A stretch of 64,000 nt of DNA. Origin: a bacterium (GTDB lineage: Bacteria; Zhuqueibacterota; Zhuqueibacteria; Residuimicrobiales; Krinioviventaceae). This document shows, piece by piece, positions 40,627 to 49,495 of this stretch. Numbering within the stretch: position 1 is the stretch's first letter; each line of letters starts with the position of its first letter. The notes below the pieces were generated by a model that was not told the DNA's origin, did not search any database, and saw nothing but the letters and a program-made list of their open reading frames with translations. A program made the translations under genes and the position numbers. The stretch is taken from the NCBI GenBank assembly GCA_963674595.2, contig CAXXFV010000006.1, forward strand, positions 256,001-320,000, written 5' to 3'.

Positions 40627-41574
40627 ATGCATAAAAACGAAACAAACAACTCTATAGAGTTTAATACAAAGTACGGGAACTTTTCAGCCTGGTGTTTTTC
40701 TCATAATGCTATGGCCACGGTTTTTCAAATTTACATCATCCATGAGGATAAACTCTACGCCAGTCAGGCCGCCTCAGAAGTATTTTCGGAAATAGACCGT
40801 ATTGAGCTGGAGCTGTCCCGGTTTATTGATAATAGCGATGTTAACCGTATCAATCATCTGCTTCCCAATCAATCTTTGCGCGTTGGGCTGGATTGTTTTA
40901 ATTGTTTAAAACATTGTAAATTGTTGTATGAAAAAACAGACCGTGTATTTGATATTTCTATCCGGCCTTTATATGACCTGTGGTTTGATCAAACAAGTGA
41001 ACCTTCTGAAAAAGAAATAAAAAATGCATTATCCAAAATTGGTTTGGATTCTTTACGACTCGACGAACATTCTTATTCCGTCAGCGTAACGAAACCGGAA
41101 ATTCAGATTGATCTGGGAGGATTTGGAAAAGGTTATGCTGTGGACAGGGTTGTTGATATTTTGCAGGAATGGGAAATTGATACGGCGCTTATTCATGCCG
41201 GACAAAGCTCGGTTTATGCTCTTGGTCACCCGCCAAAACTGACCGGCTGGCCTTTGATGATCCGTCATCCGCTAAATAAACAGGAATTTATTTTAGATAT
41301 TTTGTTGACAAACAGGGCTATGAGCGGCTCCGGAATGCAAAAAGGAAAGCATATACTGGACCCCCGGAATGGACGACCCGTCCGGTTAACTGTTGCTGCA
41401 TGGTCGTTATCAGAAAATGCTGCCGAAAGCGATGCTTTTTCGACTTTATTTATGATTATGACGCCTGAAGAGATACAATCATTTATTGGTGAAAATAAAA
41501 AAACTCAGGCATTTATCCTGAGAAAAACAGATATAAATTCCCAGGCTGAGTTGCTTTCCTGGGGAAATGAATAA
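40627..41574 (+). CDS. apbE: FAD:protein FMN transferase
   Basis: Motifs AMAT, LSRF..SDV.RIN, IDLGGFGKGYAVD, SGSG, HILDPRNG, SDAFST. Confidence 0.9.
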   Translation: MHKNETNNSIEFNTKYGNFSAWCFSHNAMATVFQIYIIHEDKLYASQAASEVFSEIDRIELELSRFIDNSDVNRINHLLPNQSLRVGLDCFNCLKHCKLLYEKTDRVFDISIRPLYDLWFDQTSEPSEKEIKNALSKIGLDSLRLDEHSYSVSVTKPEIQIDLGGFGKGYAVDRVVDILQEWEIDTALIHAGQSSVYALGHPPKLTGWPLMIRHPLNKQEFILDILLTNRAMSGSGMQKGKHILDPRNGRPVRLTVAAWSLSENAAESDAFSTLFMIMTPEEIQSFIGENKKTQAFILRKTDINSQAELLSWGNE

Positions 41575-41610
41575 CATAAGAAAATTTCATTATTTTTCAG
41601 AGGTAGGAAA

Positions 41611-43008
41611 ATGGCAGAATTGACGTTTTTAGGCGCTACAGGTACAGTCACCGGATCACGATTTCTTTTAAATACGGACCGGCACAAATTACTTGTTGAC
41701 TGTGGTATGTTTCAGGGCAGGAAAGAAAATCGTTTACGAAATTGGCAGGAATTTCCCATTAATCCCTCTGAAATTGACAAGGTATTATTGACACATGCAC
41801 ATATTGACCATTCCGGTTATTTACCGCGTCTATATAAAAATGGTTTTGCCGGTCAAGTTCATTGCACACATGCCACCCATGAGTTGTGTCAAATTATGCT
41901 CAAAGACAGCGCTCATATTCAGGAAGAAGATGCTGAATGGGCCAATAAAAAAGGATATTCCAAACATTCACCGGCCCTGCCGTTATATACTTCGAAGGAT
42001 GCATTTAATGTTTTGGAACATTTTAAGCCTGTTTTTTATGGTGAAGAAAACTATCTTGAAAATTCACATATTCGTGTAAAATTTAAGGATGCCGGACATA
42101 TTTTGGGTTCTTCATTTATCGAGTTTAAAAATGAATACGGCCCGGCAACCCGTAAAATTTTATTCAGCGGTGATTTTGGCCGTCCTGCCCAAACCATACT
42201 TAAAGACCCTACACAGGTTTTTAATGTCGATTATTTGATATTAGAGTCAACCTACGGTGACAGATTGCATGAAGAGTCGGACCCTGTTTCTGAATTGAAA
42301 CGTGTTATTAACGCAAGTTTTCAACGGGGAGGCGTGTTGGTTATTCCGTCCTTTGCGGTTGGAAGGACACAAACCCTGCTATATCTCATTCGTCAACTGG
42401 AATTAAGCGGAGAAATTCCGGTAATGGACGTTTTTATTGATTCCCCTATGGCCATTAATGTTGTTGAGGTTTTTGATAAACATTCGGCTGATTTTAATTT
42501 AACAACGCGTGTTAATGTAATACAGGACAGACATATTTTTCAGCCCCAAAAACTAAAAATTTGCCGCTCCCGTCAAAAGTCAATCGCTTTGAACCAGATA
42601 GAAAGCAATGCTATTATTATATCTGCCAGTGGAATGGCGACCGCCGGGAGAATTCTTCATCATTTAAAACAGCGGTTACCGGATTCTAAAAATACTGTTT
42701 TATTTATTGGTTACCAGGCAGAGGGAACAAGGGGTCGTACTATTTTAGAGGGACATCCCACCGTTAAAATTCATGGCATGCAGGTACCTGTTAAAGCAAG
42801 TGTTGAAAATATTTCAGGATTTTCAGGACACGGTGATTATAATGAAATAATGGCCTGGTTAATGGGTTTTAATAAACCTCCTGAACATGTATTTATCGTT
42901 CATGGCGAGCCTGAATCTTCAGAGTTTCTTGCCGATAAAATACGAACCCGGTTCGGGTGGCAAGTAACTGTGCCAAAGTTTATGCAAAAGTTTGATTTGG
43001 ATTTTTAA
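41611..43008 (+). CDS. MBL-fold beta-CASP ribonuclease
   Basis: Motifs VTGS, DCGMFQG, THAHIDHSG, AGHILGS, FSGD, ESTYG, FSGHGD, VHGE. Confidence 0.93.
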   Translation: MAELTFLGATGTVTGSRFLLNTDRHKLLVDCGMFQGRKENRLRNWQEFPINPSEIDKVLLTHAHIDHSGYLPRLYKNGFAGQVHCTHATHELCQIMLKDSAHIQEEDAEWANKKGYSKHSPALPLYTSKDAFNVLEHFKPVFYGEENYLENSHIRVKFKDAGHILGSSFIEFKNEYGPATRKILFSGDFGRPAQTILKDPTQVFNVDYLILESTYGDRLHEESDPVSELKRVINASFQRGGVLVIPSFAVGRTQTLLYLIRQLELSGEIPVMDVFIDSPMAINVVEVFDKHSADFNLTTRVNVIQDRHIFQPQKLKICRSRQKSIALNQIESNAIIISASGMATAGRILHHLKQRLPDSKNTVLFIGYQAEGTRGRTILEGHPTVKIHGMQVPVKASVENISGFSGHGDYNEIMAWLMGFNKPPEHVFIVHGEPESSEFLADKIRTRFGWQVTVPKFMQKFDLDF

Positions 43009-43351
43009 GATAGCAAAACAGGATTTTAAAATCGTTTTTTTTACGAAATAATTTAAAATTTTTTATAAAATACTTGCTTCTTTGCAATGAATTTTATAAA
43101 ATCTATTAATCACAATATTAATATGCATGGGTAAAATAAATTATAGTTGTTAAGGGATCGGCACTCTTTTTATGACAACATAAAATGAGTAAAAACATAC
43201 TATATATTTTGAGTCGGCAATAACGGGATAATATTATATTCAAATTTACACAATTTCAATAGTCTCCAGGTGATTAAGGTGGAAATTTACTTGTTTAAAA
43301 GTATAATCTGGTAAAATTATCGTCTTTTAATTTGTTAAAATTAAAGGAGCC

Positions 43352-45025
43352 ATGCTTTTGAGACGTCTATTCTTATTCAATGCCATATATTTTTTAGGGT
43401 TATTTAGTTGTGAGTCAAAAAAAACGGACCAATCTGATTGTATTCTTCAAATTGAAAATATTGAAATCACAAGATATGAATTTGAAAAGAAATTGGACCG
43501 TTTTATTGGTCATTCTCAAAAATCAACACAACAGATTGATAACTGGATAGACAAATTCATTGATAATACTTTATTCCTGGCTGATGCATTTGAAAAAGGA
43601 TATTATAACGATCCGGACATTGAAAAGAGAGTGGACATTGTTGCCGAACAAATGTTGACGGAATATCATGGTTATCTTTATAATGAGCTTGTTCTTAAAA
43701 ATATTAATATCACACAACAGGATTTACAGGATGCCTATGATAAAAGTGCAATACAACAAACTCTTGCCTATATAAAATTTAAAGACAGACAACAATTTAA
43801 CAAGGTAATGAGTTCTGATACCTTAATAAATAATGATAAATTTTATGATATAGCCGATTGTAAAAATAATGTTTCTTTTGAATTTGTTCCTGAAATTGAA
43901 CTTTATTGGCCTAACTCACAATGGTGGGAAATACGTAAAGACATTTTCAAATTAAAAAAAGGGGAGGTTTCCAAACCCATTTACAGGGACGAGAATATTT
44001 ATATCTTTTATGTTAAAGACATTAAAACTATTCCTCAGAAACCTTATGCAAAAGTCGAAAATAATTTGGAAAAGTTTTTGAATAGAATTAATGAAATCAG
44101 ATTGATGAAAAAATTTACCGATGATATTTATCATTCATCGCAATTAACTATTAATGAAAAATTATGTAAAGATATTTATAATTTATTTGAGCAGCAGCCG
44201 GAAAAGCATGTTTTTAATATAATCCTCTTTGAACCGTTTTTAAACAAAAATGTATTGTCTTTCAAGTTGGGTGATGATATTGTAAATACAACGCTCATGT
44301 CGTTTGTTAATTACTATCATAATCGTTTAATAAGAAAGGCCATTGATAGTTATGAAAAATTTGAATTTTATTTAAGGGAATATGTCTTTCACCATGTTGC
44401 TCTTAAAATGGCAAGAGACCTCGGGCTGGATAAAAACAAACTTTATAAATTGGATTACAACAGTCATAAAAATAAAGTCGTTTTGAAAGAGTATTTATTA
44501 AAGGAATTTCAAAATCTAGAAATTTCAGATACTGAATTGAAAACGTACTATAATGATAATCAGGATAAATATCAGGAAGGAACCAGTGCCATTTTTTCAT
44601 TCTTTCTCTTTAATTCCAGAAGAAACGCTCAAAATGGGATGGAAATTATAAGACATAATATAAAACAAGCATTAAATACTACATTACCGGATTCATTATT
44701 TGAAGGTCTTGTTCTTGCTGAATTTAATGATTCTCTGCATTATTCGAAAAATCATAGATATATTGAAAATGATATTATTTTCCGACTTGAAAAGGGAAAG
44801 GTATCACTTCCTGTTCCGGCTAAAAATAACCAATATGCTGTTGTTTTAAAAGTCAATCAAAATGGAAACAGAACACTCGATTTTGCGCAGGTTAAAAATG
44901 AAATTCGTGAGCATTTACTAAATTTTAAAATCGATTCATTAAAAAACATCAGAGTATCAGAATTAAGGGAAAAGTATTGTATTCAAAATAACATTATTCC
45001 GGCACACTATTATAACATAAACTAA
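43352..45025 (+). CDS. SurA/PrsA-like peptidyl-prolyl isomerase/chaperone lipoprotein
   Basis: Lipobox LFSC; two parvulin-like repeats (IFKLKKGEVSKPI, IFRLEKGKVSLPV); ELKTYYNDN helix; AT-rich coding. Confidence 0.75.
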   Translation: MLLRRLFLFNAIYFLGLFSCESKKTDQSDCILQIENIEITRYEFEKKLDRFIGHSQKSTQQIDNWIDKFIDNTLFLADAFEKGYYNDPDIEKRVDIVAEQMLTEYHGYLYNELVLKNINITQQDLQDAYDKSAIQQTLAYIKFKDRQQFNKVMSSDTLINNDKFYDIADCKNNVSFEFVPEIELYWPNSQWWEIRKDIFKLKKGEVSKPIYRDENIYIFYVKDIKTIPQKPYAKVENNLEKFLNRINEIRLMKKFTDDIYHSSQLTINEKLCKDIYNLFEQQPEKHVFNIILFEPFLNKNVLSFKLGDDIVNTTLMSFVNYYHNRLIRKAIDSYEKFEFYLREYVFHHVALKMARDLGLDKNKLYKLDYNSHKNKVVLKEYLLKEFQNLEISDTELKTYYNDNQDKYQEGTSAIFSFFLFNSRRNAQNGMEIIRHNIKQALNTTLPDSLFEGLVLAEFNDSLHYSKNHRYIENDIIFRLEKGKVSLPVPAKNNQYAVVLKVNQNGNRTLDFAQVKNEIREHLLNFKIDSLKNIRVSELREKYCIQNNIIPAHYYNIN

Positions 45026-45030
45026 AAACA

Positions 45031-45047
45031 AAGGTCGGCAACCTTAA
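45031..45047. repeat. Left 17-bp inverted repeat aaggtcggcaaccttaa
   Basis: Its reverse complement matches 45480-45496 at 16 of 17 positions. Confidence 0.85.
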
Positions 45048-45072
45048 AAACCCTATAAGAGGAGATTTCAAA

Positions 45073-45456
45073 ATGAAACGATTCTTATTTCCCATGTTAT
45101 GTGTGTTAGTCCTTCTTTTTGCAGCAAATATTTTTGCCTGGGAGGCTGAAGTTGCTGCTGTTTCATTAAACCAGGGACTTGTAACAGACAACGATACTAT
45201 TTATCCAAACGATGATGTTTCTGTTGATTGTACGGCTGATGGATGGGGAGGTGGAAGCGGAACAGCTTCAGGGAATGCTGTTTATACCGGGATTGCCTCA
45301 TTCTCTGCATCATTTTATGTAACCGGCAATGATGAAGATATTGATTGGGATGGCGGTAGTGATTACAATGTATCTTCCGCCTATTTGTCGGCATCTGCTT
45401 ATGCTTCGGGGTATCGTGCTGAAGCATGGAGTGTTGTATATGTAAGCTGGTATTAA
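45073..45456 (+). CDS. Small secreted acidic, G/S/A/aromatic-rich protein
   Basis: AGAGGAG RBS; Sec signal ending ANIFA; predicted 105-aa mature part. Confidence 0.82.
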   Translation: MKRFLFPMLCVLVLLFAANIFAWEAEVAAVSLNQGLVTDNDTIYPNDDVSVDCTADGWGGGSGTASGNAVYTGIASFSASFYVTGNDEDIDWDGGSDYNVSSAYLSASAYASGYRAEAWSVVYVSWY

Positions 45457-45479
45457 TAAAAAATAAAATAATCTGATAA

Positions 45480-45496
45480 TTAAGGTTGCCGGCCTT
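45480..45496. repeat. Right 17-bp inverted repeat ttaaggttgccggcctt
   Basis: Complementary to 45031-45047; the single difference is a G-U pair in RNA. Confidence 0.85.
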
Positions 45497-45518
45497 GTCA
45501 TTTAATCTTTATGCATCA

Positions 45519-47162
45519 TTATAAGAGTATGCTGTTGATGTCCCATTCGCCCTTACAGACATCCTCTAATTGTCGGATGATCTGTTCCATTTTTTTCTTA
45601 TCAGAAAATAAGTCCGAATATTCGTTACTCGTTTCTGTACCTGACCCTTGTAATGTCAAATATTCATATATTTCTTCAATTTCATCTACAGCCACCTGTA
45701 GATTAAGATTCACATAATCATACACTTCTTGCTCATACTTTATTAATTTTGGTTCCTTGTTTAATTGCTCACTAATGAATTTTCCAAAAACCATAATAAC
45801 ATCACAAACCTGACAAACTCGAAAACCTTTTTTATATCTATTAAGAGCTAAAAGCTGCGCATAACTTCGCATGGGTTTGCGGTCTTTAGTTTGTATCGTG
45901 ATGACCAAAACATGATATATGAGATTTAAAAACCAGAGCATTGTTTCCTTTTTAATGGTGTTGTAATTACTAAATCGCTCTACATTTTCTTCAGAATAGA
46001 CATAATCCGTAATTTTATCCAATAATGGGTCACGAATTTTTGACATTATATCGGAAATTAATAAATTTGGTCGAATATCAATGTGTTTGAAAGCTTCTTC
46101 ATTGCGTAGATACCAGTTCTCTGGATAACTTTTCATATTTTCAACTAGAATTAATAAACGCCGTTCCAAATTATATCGGGGAGTTGGTCTCCAATCAAGA
46201 GTATTAAAAGTCTTGTTCGCGTTCACAGCTAAATCACGATCGATATAACGTATCATCCAAAGTTTTTCGAATGATGGTTTTTGCAAAATTGTATATAGCA
46301 TTTGTCTTGCTGCAAGGCCTAAAAATGCCAGCCATTTCGGTATATACAATGCTTTGATATCTCGTCCGAAATAATAACGAACCGTTGCATTATAAAGTTG
46401 TTTGTGGGAAGTGCTGATGCATGGACTGGCATTAAATATTGAAAGGTCAGGCAGATATTGTGATTTTTCAATAATTTTGAATATCATTTTTACCAAATCT
46501 TTAATATGCAGATATGGAACAGCACTGTTACCTTTTCCTGCTAAAATTCGAGACATAAATTTTGATGATGTCCAGTTTTTTATAAAGGCATAAACAGGAG
46601 GATACTCACACCAATCACTATAAACGGCTGCCAGCCGAATAATTGAACACGGAAAATGTTTTGAATAAATTTTAATCAGATTTTCTGCCTGTGCTTTACT
46701 GGCGGCATAAGGAAAATTTGCGCTTGTAAAGTTGTTCTCGTCTATAGTTTCACCGGTGCGAGGAAATTTACAACGAACCAGAGAGCTGGAAAATATAAAA
46801 TGTTTTATCTTGAGTTGTTTTGAAAGTTCTAAAACATTCTTTGTACCTTCTACATTTGTATGATAATATTCCGGATTGTCCTTATAGGTGAAATCATAAT
46901 ACCCGGCTAAATGAAGAACATAATCAGCGCCATAATGGTCTTGAATACATCGGACGACCTCTTTTAACTGGTTCCAGTTCGTAATGTCAACCTGGGTCCA
47001 GCGCATATTTTTATATTCCGGTATTTTTGCTTCAACTCTTGAACGGCGGGCAATACAAAATAACCGGTATTTATCACATGCCGCTGCAAGGAAATTGCTG
47101 CCTATAAACCCGGAGGCACCGGTGATGACAATGCCTGGTAAATTCCTGTCCATATTATCCAT
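45519..47162 (-). CDS. Extended SDR (NAD-dependent epimerase/dehydratase) with a C-terminal helical globin-like domain
   Basis: Motifs TGASGFIGS, HLAG, YAASK; an extra ~180-aa helical tail containing LALNRYKKGF...QV. Confidence 0.8.
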   Translation of the reverse strand: MDNMDRNLPGIVITGASGFIGSNFLAAACDKYRLFCIARRSRVEAKIPEYKNMRWTQVDITNWNQLKEVVRCIQDHYGADYVLHLAGYYDFTYKDNPEYYHTNVEGTKNVLELSKQLKIKHFIFSSSLVRCKFPRTGETIDENNFTSANFPYAASKAQAENLIKIYSKHFPCSIIRLAAVYSDWCEYPPVYAFIKNWTSSKFMSRILAGKGNSAVPYLHIKDLVKMIFKIIEKSQYLPDLSIFNASPCISTSHKQLYNATVRYYFGRDIKALYIPKWLAFLGLAARQMLYTILQKPSFEKLWMIRYIDRDLAVNANKTFNTLDWRPTPRYNLERRLLILVENMKSYPENWYLRNEEAFKHIDIRPNLLISDIMSKIRDPLLDKITDYVYSEENVERFSNYNTIKKETMLWFLNLIYHVLVITIQTKDRKPMRSYAQLLALNRYKKGFRVCQVCDVIMVFGKFISEQLNKEPKLIKYEQEVYDYVNLNLQVAVDEIEEIYEYLTLQGSGTETSNEYSDLFSDKKKMEQIIRQLEDVCKGEWDINSILL

Positions 47163-47568
47163 TTTGATTCAATGCCTTAAAAAATGAGCGGTGAGCAATT
47201 AAAATTCCCAGTGCAAATAATCCATCGACAATGCCGGAAACAAGCACCATCCAAATGCTTTCGATGAAAAAGAAATAGATAAATAAAAACAGTGTGGCTG
47301 TTATTTTAACAGTTATGATAAATTTTATTAAAGTGTTATTGTGTTGTGGATTCAGAGCTGCGAGCGCATAAGCTACAGCTAAAAGAATATGAAAAATACC
47401 TGCCTGAGCTGAAAAAAATGGTTGGTTAATATGTCCAAATCCGAATAATAGCATAAGCTTTGGGATTTGCACAATCAGCCCGATACCAACAAAAAAAGAG
47501 TGAATGGCTGTGAGAAGCAGGATAATAATCAATCTTTTATGAGGACCAGAAAAATATACAAAACTCAT
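47155..47568 (-). CDS. Four-TM membrane protein
   Basis: GGAG RBS; four hydrophobic segments; overlaps the SDR start by 8 bp. Confidence 0.75.
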   Translation of the reverse strand: MSFVYFSGPHKRLIIILLLTAIHSFFVGIGLIVQIPKLMLLFGFGHINQPFFSAQAGIFHILLAVAYALAALNPQHNNTLIKFIITVKITATLFLFIYFFFIESIWMVLVSGIVDGLFALGILIAHRSFFKALNQNG

Positions 47569-47889
47569 ATCACTCCAGTTGTTAATTGGAATATCTTGAT
47601 ACTCGTAAAAATTGTTATTTTATCTTGATGTTTTCCAAGGATTGTTAAACTAACAGTTGAAACAGCTTTTGGGAATTTTTTATTTCGTTTTATTTACAAA
47701 GGATTATAAATACTAGTCATACAGTGGCCAGAAAATATTGAGAGATGTTATCCTTTTTTATTTTAAAAAATAATTAGATTGTTGTGTATTTAGATTTAAG
47801 CTTGTTTTAAAAATATAATATAATTACCTTTGCCTTAAATATTTCTAACAAATTAATAACTTGACTCATTATTTCAAAACGGAGCAGAT

Positions 47890-49479
47890 ATGAATTTTTC
47901 TCCTGTTGATTACGGTGTATTTTTTGGCTATATCGTGTTTATTGTAGCTTTAGGATTGTGGGTTTCCAGAGAAAAAAAAGGGCATGAAAAAAATTCCGCC
48001 GATTATTTTCTGGCAAGTAAGGCTTTACCCTGGTGGGCAGTTGGCGCTTCCATTATTGCCGCCAATATTTCTGCTGAGCAGGTTATTGGTATGTCAGGTT
48101 CAGGTTATGTTATCGGGCTTGCCATTGCATCCTATGAATGGATGGCTGCGCTGACCCTGGTTATCGTCGCCAAATATTTTTTACCCATTTTCCTGGAAAA
48201 AGGCATCTATACCATGCCGCAATTTTTGGAGATTCGTTTTGATAAAAGAGTTCGTACCAGTCTTGCTGTATTTTGGCTGCTGGTTTATATTTTTGTTAAT
48301 CTGACTTCTGTTATGTATTTAGGCGCTTTGGCCATGAATACGATTATGGGTTTACCCTTAATATATGGTATTATTGGTCTTGCCGTATTTTCTTCTTTAT
48401 ACACTATTTACGGTGGTTTAAAAGCTGTTGCCTGGACAGATGTTGTACAGGTAATTGTATTAATTGGTGGTGGTTTGCTGACCAGTTTCTTAGCTCTCAA
48501 CGCTGTCAGTGGCGGAAATGGTATTTGGACCGGACTCGTTTCCTTGATAGATCAAGCACCAGATAAATTTGATATGATTTTGGATAGATCAAATCCAAAT
48601 TATTCTGAACTACCCGGAATTGGTGTCCTTATCGGCGGTATGTGGATCGCGAATCTTTTTTACTGGGGATGTAATCAATATATCACCCAGCGTGCCCTGG
48701 CATCCAAAAGCATAAGTGAAGCCCAGAAAGGTCTTGCTTTTGCCGGTTACTTGAAATTATTAATGCCGATGATCGTTGTTATTCCCGGAATTGCTGCTTA
48801 TGTTTTAAATGCTGATTTGTCTGTAAATCCCGAGACCGGTCAGGTTATTGCCGACTCTGCTTATCCCTGGTTGTTAAATACGTTTGTGCCTATTGGTCTT
48901 AAAGGTTTGGCTTTTGCCGCGTTAATTGCTGCCATAGTTTCTTCTTTGAGTTCCATGGTAAACAGTACGGCCACTATTTTTTCTATGGACATTTACAAAC
49001 AGCTTATCAATAAAGACGCTTCTGAAAAACAATTGGTTAAAATTGGCCGAATCGGTAGTGCTATTGCTTTGGTTATTGCCATTTTGGTTGCTCCCCAATT
49101 AAAAAGTTTGAGTCAGGCTTTTCAATATATTCAGGAATTTACCGGATTTGTCAGTCCCGGAATCCTTTTAATCTTCCTGGCCGGATTATTCTGGAAACGC
49201 ACAACTGCAAATGCTGCCTTGTGGGCCGCAACATTATCCATTCCGCTATCTGCTGCGTTTCGATTCTTTGTGCCTGAGCTGGCTTTTCTGGACCGTATGG
49301 TAGCAGTATTTGTAATTCTGGCTGTTCTTTTAATTGCCATTTCTCTCTATGAATCCAAACAAAACCATCCGAACGCTATTCAAATTAAAAAAGGAATTTT
49401 TTATACGGACGGTATTTTTAATGCTTTGTCTATAGGAATTATGGCTATCCTGGCTGTTTTGTACATTATGTTTTGGTAA
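47890..49479 (+). CDS. Sodium/sugar symporter (vSGLT-like)
   Basis: Motifs AANISAEQ, SYEWMAA, GGLKAVAWTD, YWGCNQYITQR, FQYIQE; adjacent to galK. Confidence 0.93.
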   Translation: MNFSPVDYGVFFGYIVFIVALGLWVSREKKGHEKNSADYFLASKALPWWAVGASIIAANISAEQVIGMSGSGYVIGLAIASYEWMAALTLVIVAKYFLPIFLEKGIYTMPQFLEIRFDKRVRTSLAVFWLLVYIFVNLTSVMYLGALAMNTIMGLPLIYGIIGLAVFSSLYTIYGGLKAVAWTDVVQVIVLIGGGLLTSFLALNAVSGGNGIWTGLVSLIDQAPDKFDMILDRSNPNYSELPGIGVLIGGMWIANLFYWGCNQYITQRALASKSISEAQKGLAFAGYLKLLMPMIVVIPGIAAYVLNADLSVNPETGQVIADSAYPWLLNTFVPIGLKGLAFAALIAAIVSSLSSMVNSTATIFSMDIYKQLINKDASEKQLVKIGRIGSAIALVIAILVAPQLKSLSQAFQYIQEFTGFVSPGILLIFLAGLFWKRTTANAALWAATLSIPLSAAFRFFVPELAFLDRMVAVFVILAVLLIAISLYESKQNHPNAIQIKKGIFYTDGIFNALSIGIMAILAVLYIMFW

Positions 49480-49495
49480 AAGTAGTGGAGTAGAT

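Noticed and set aside
45031-45496. IS or MITE interpretation of the inverted repeats
   Set aside because: There is no transposase and no clear target-site duplication, and the enclosed gene encodes a secreted protein. Kept only as an RNA-stem or cassette hypothesis.
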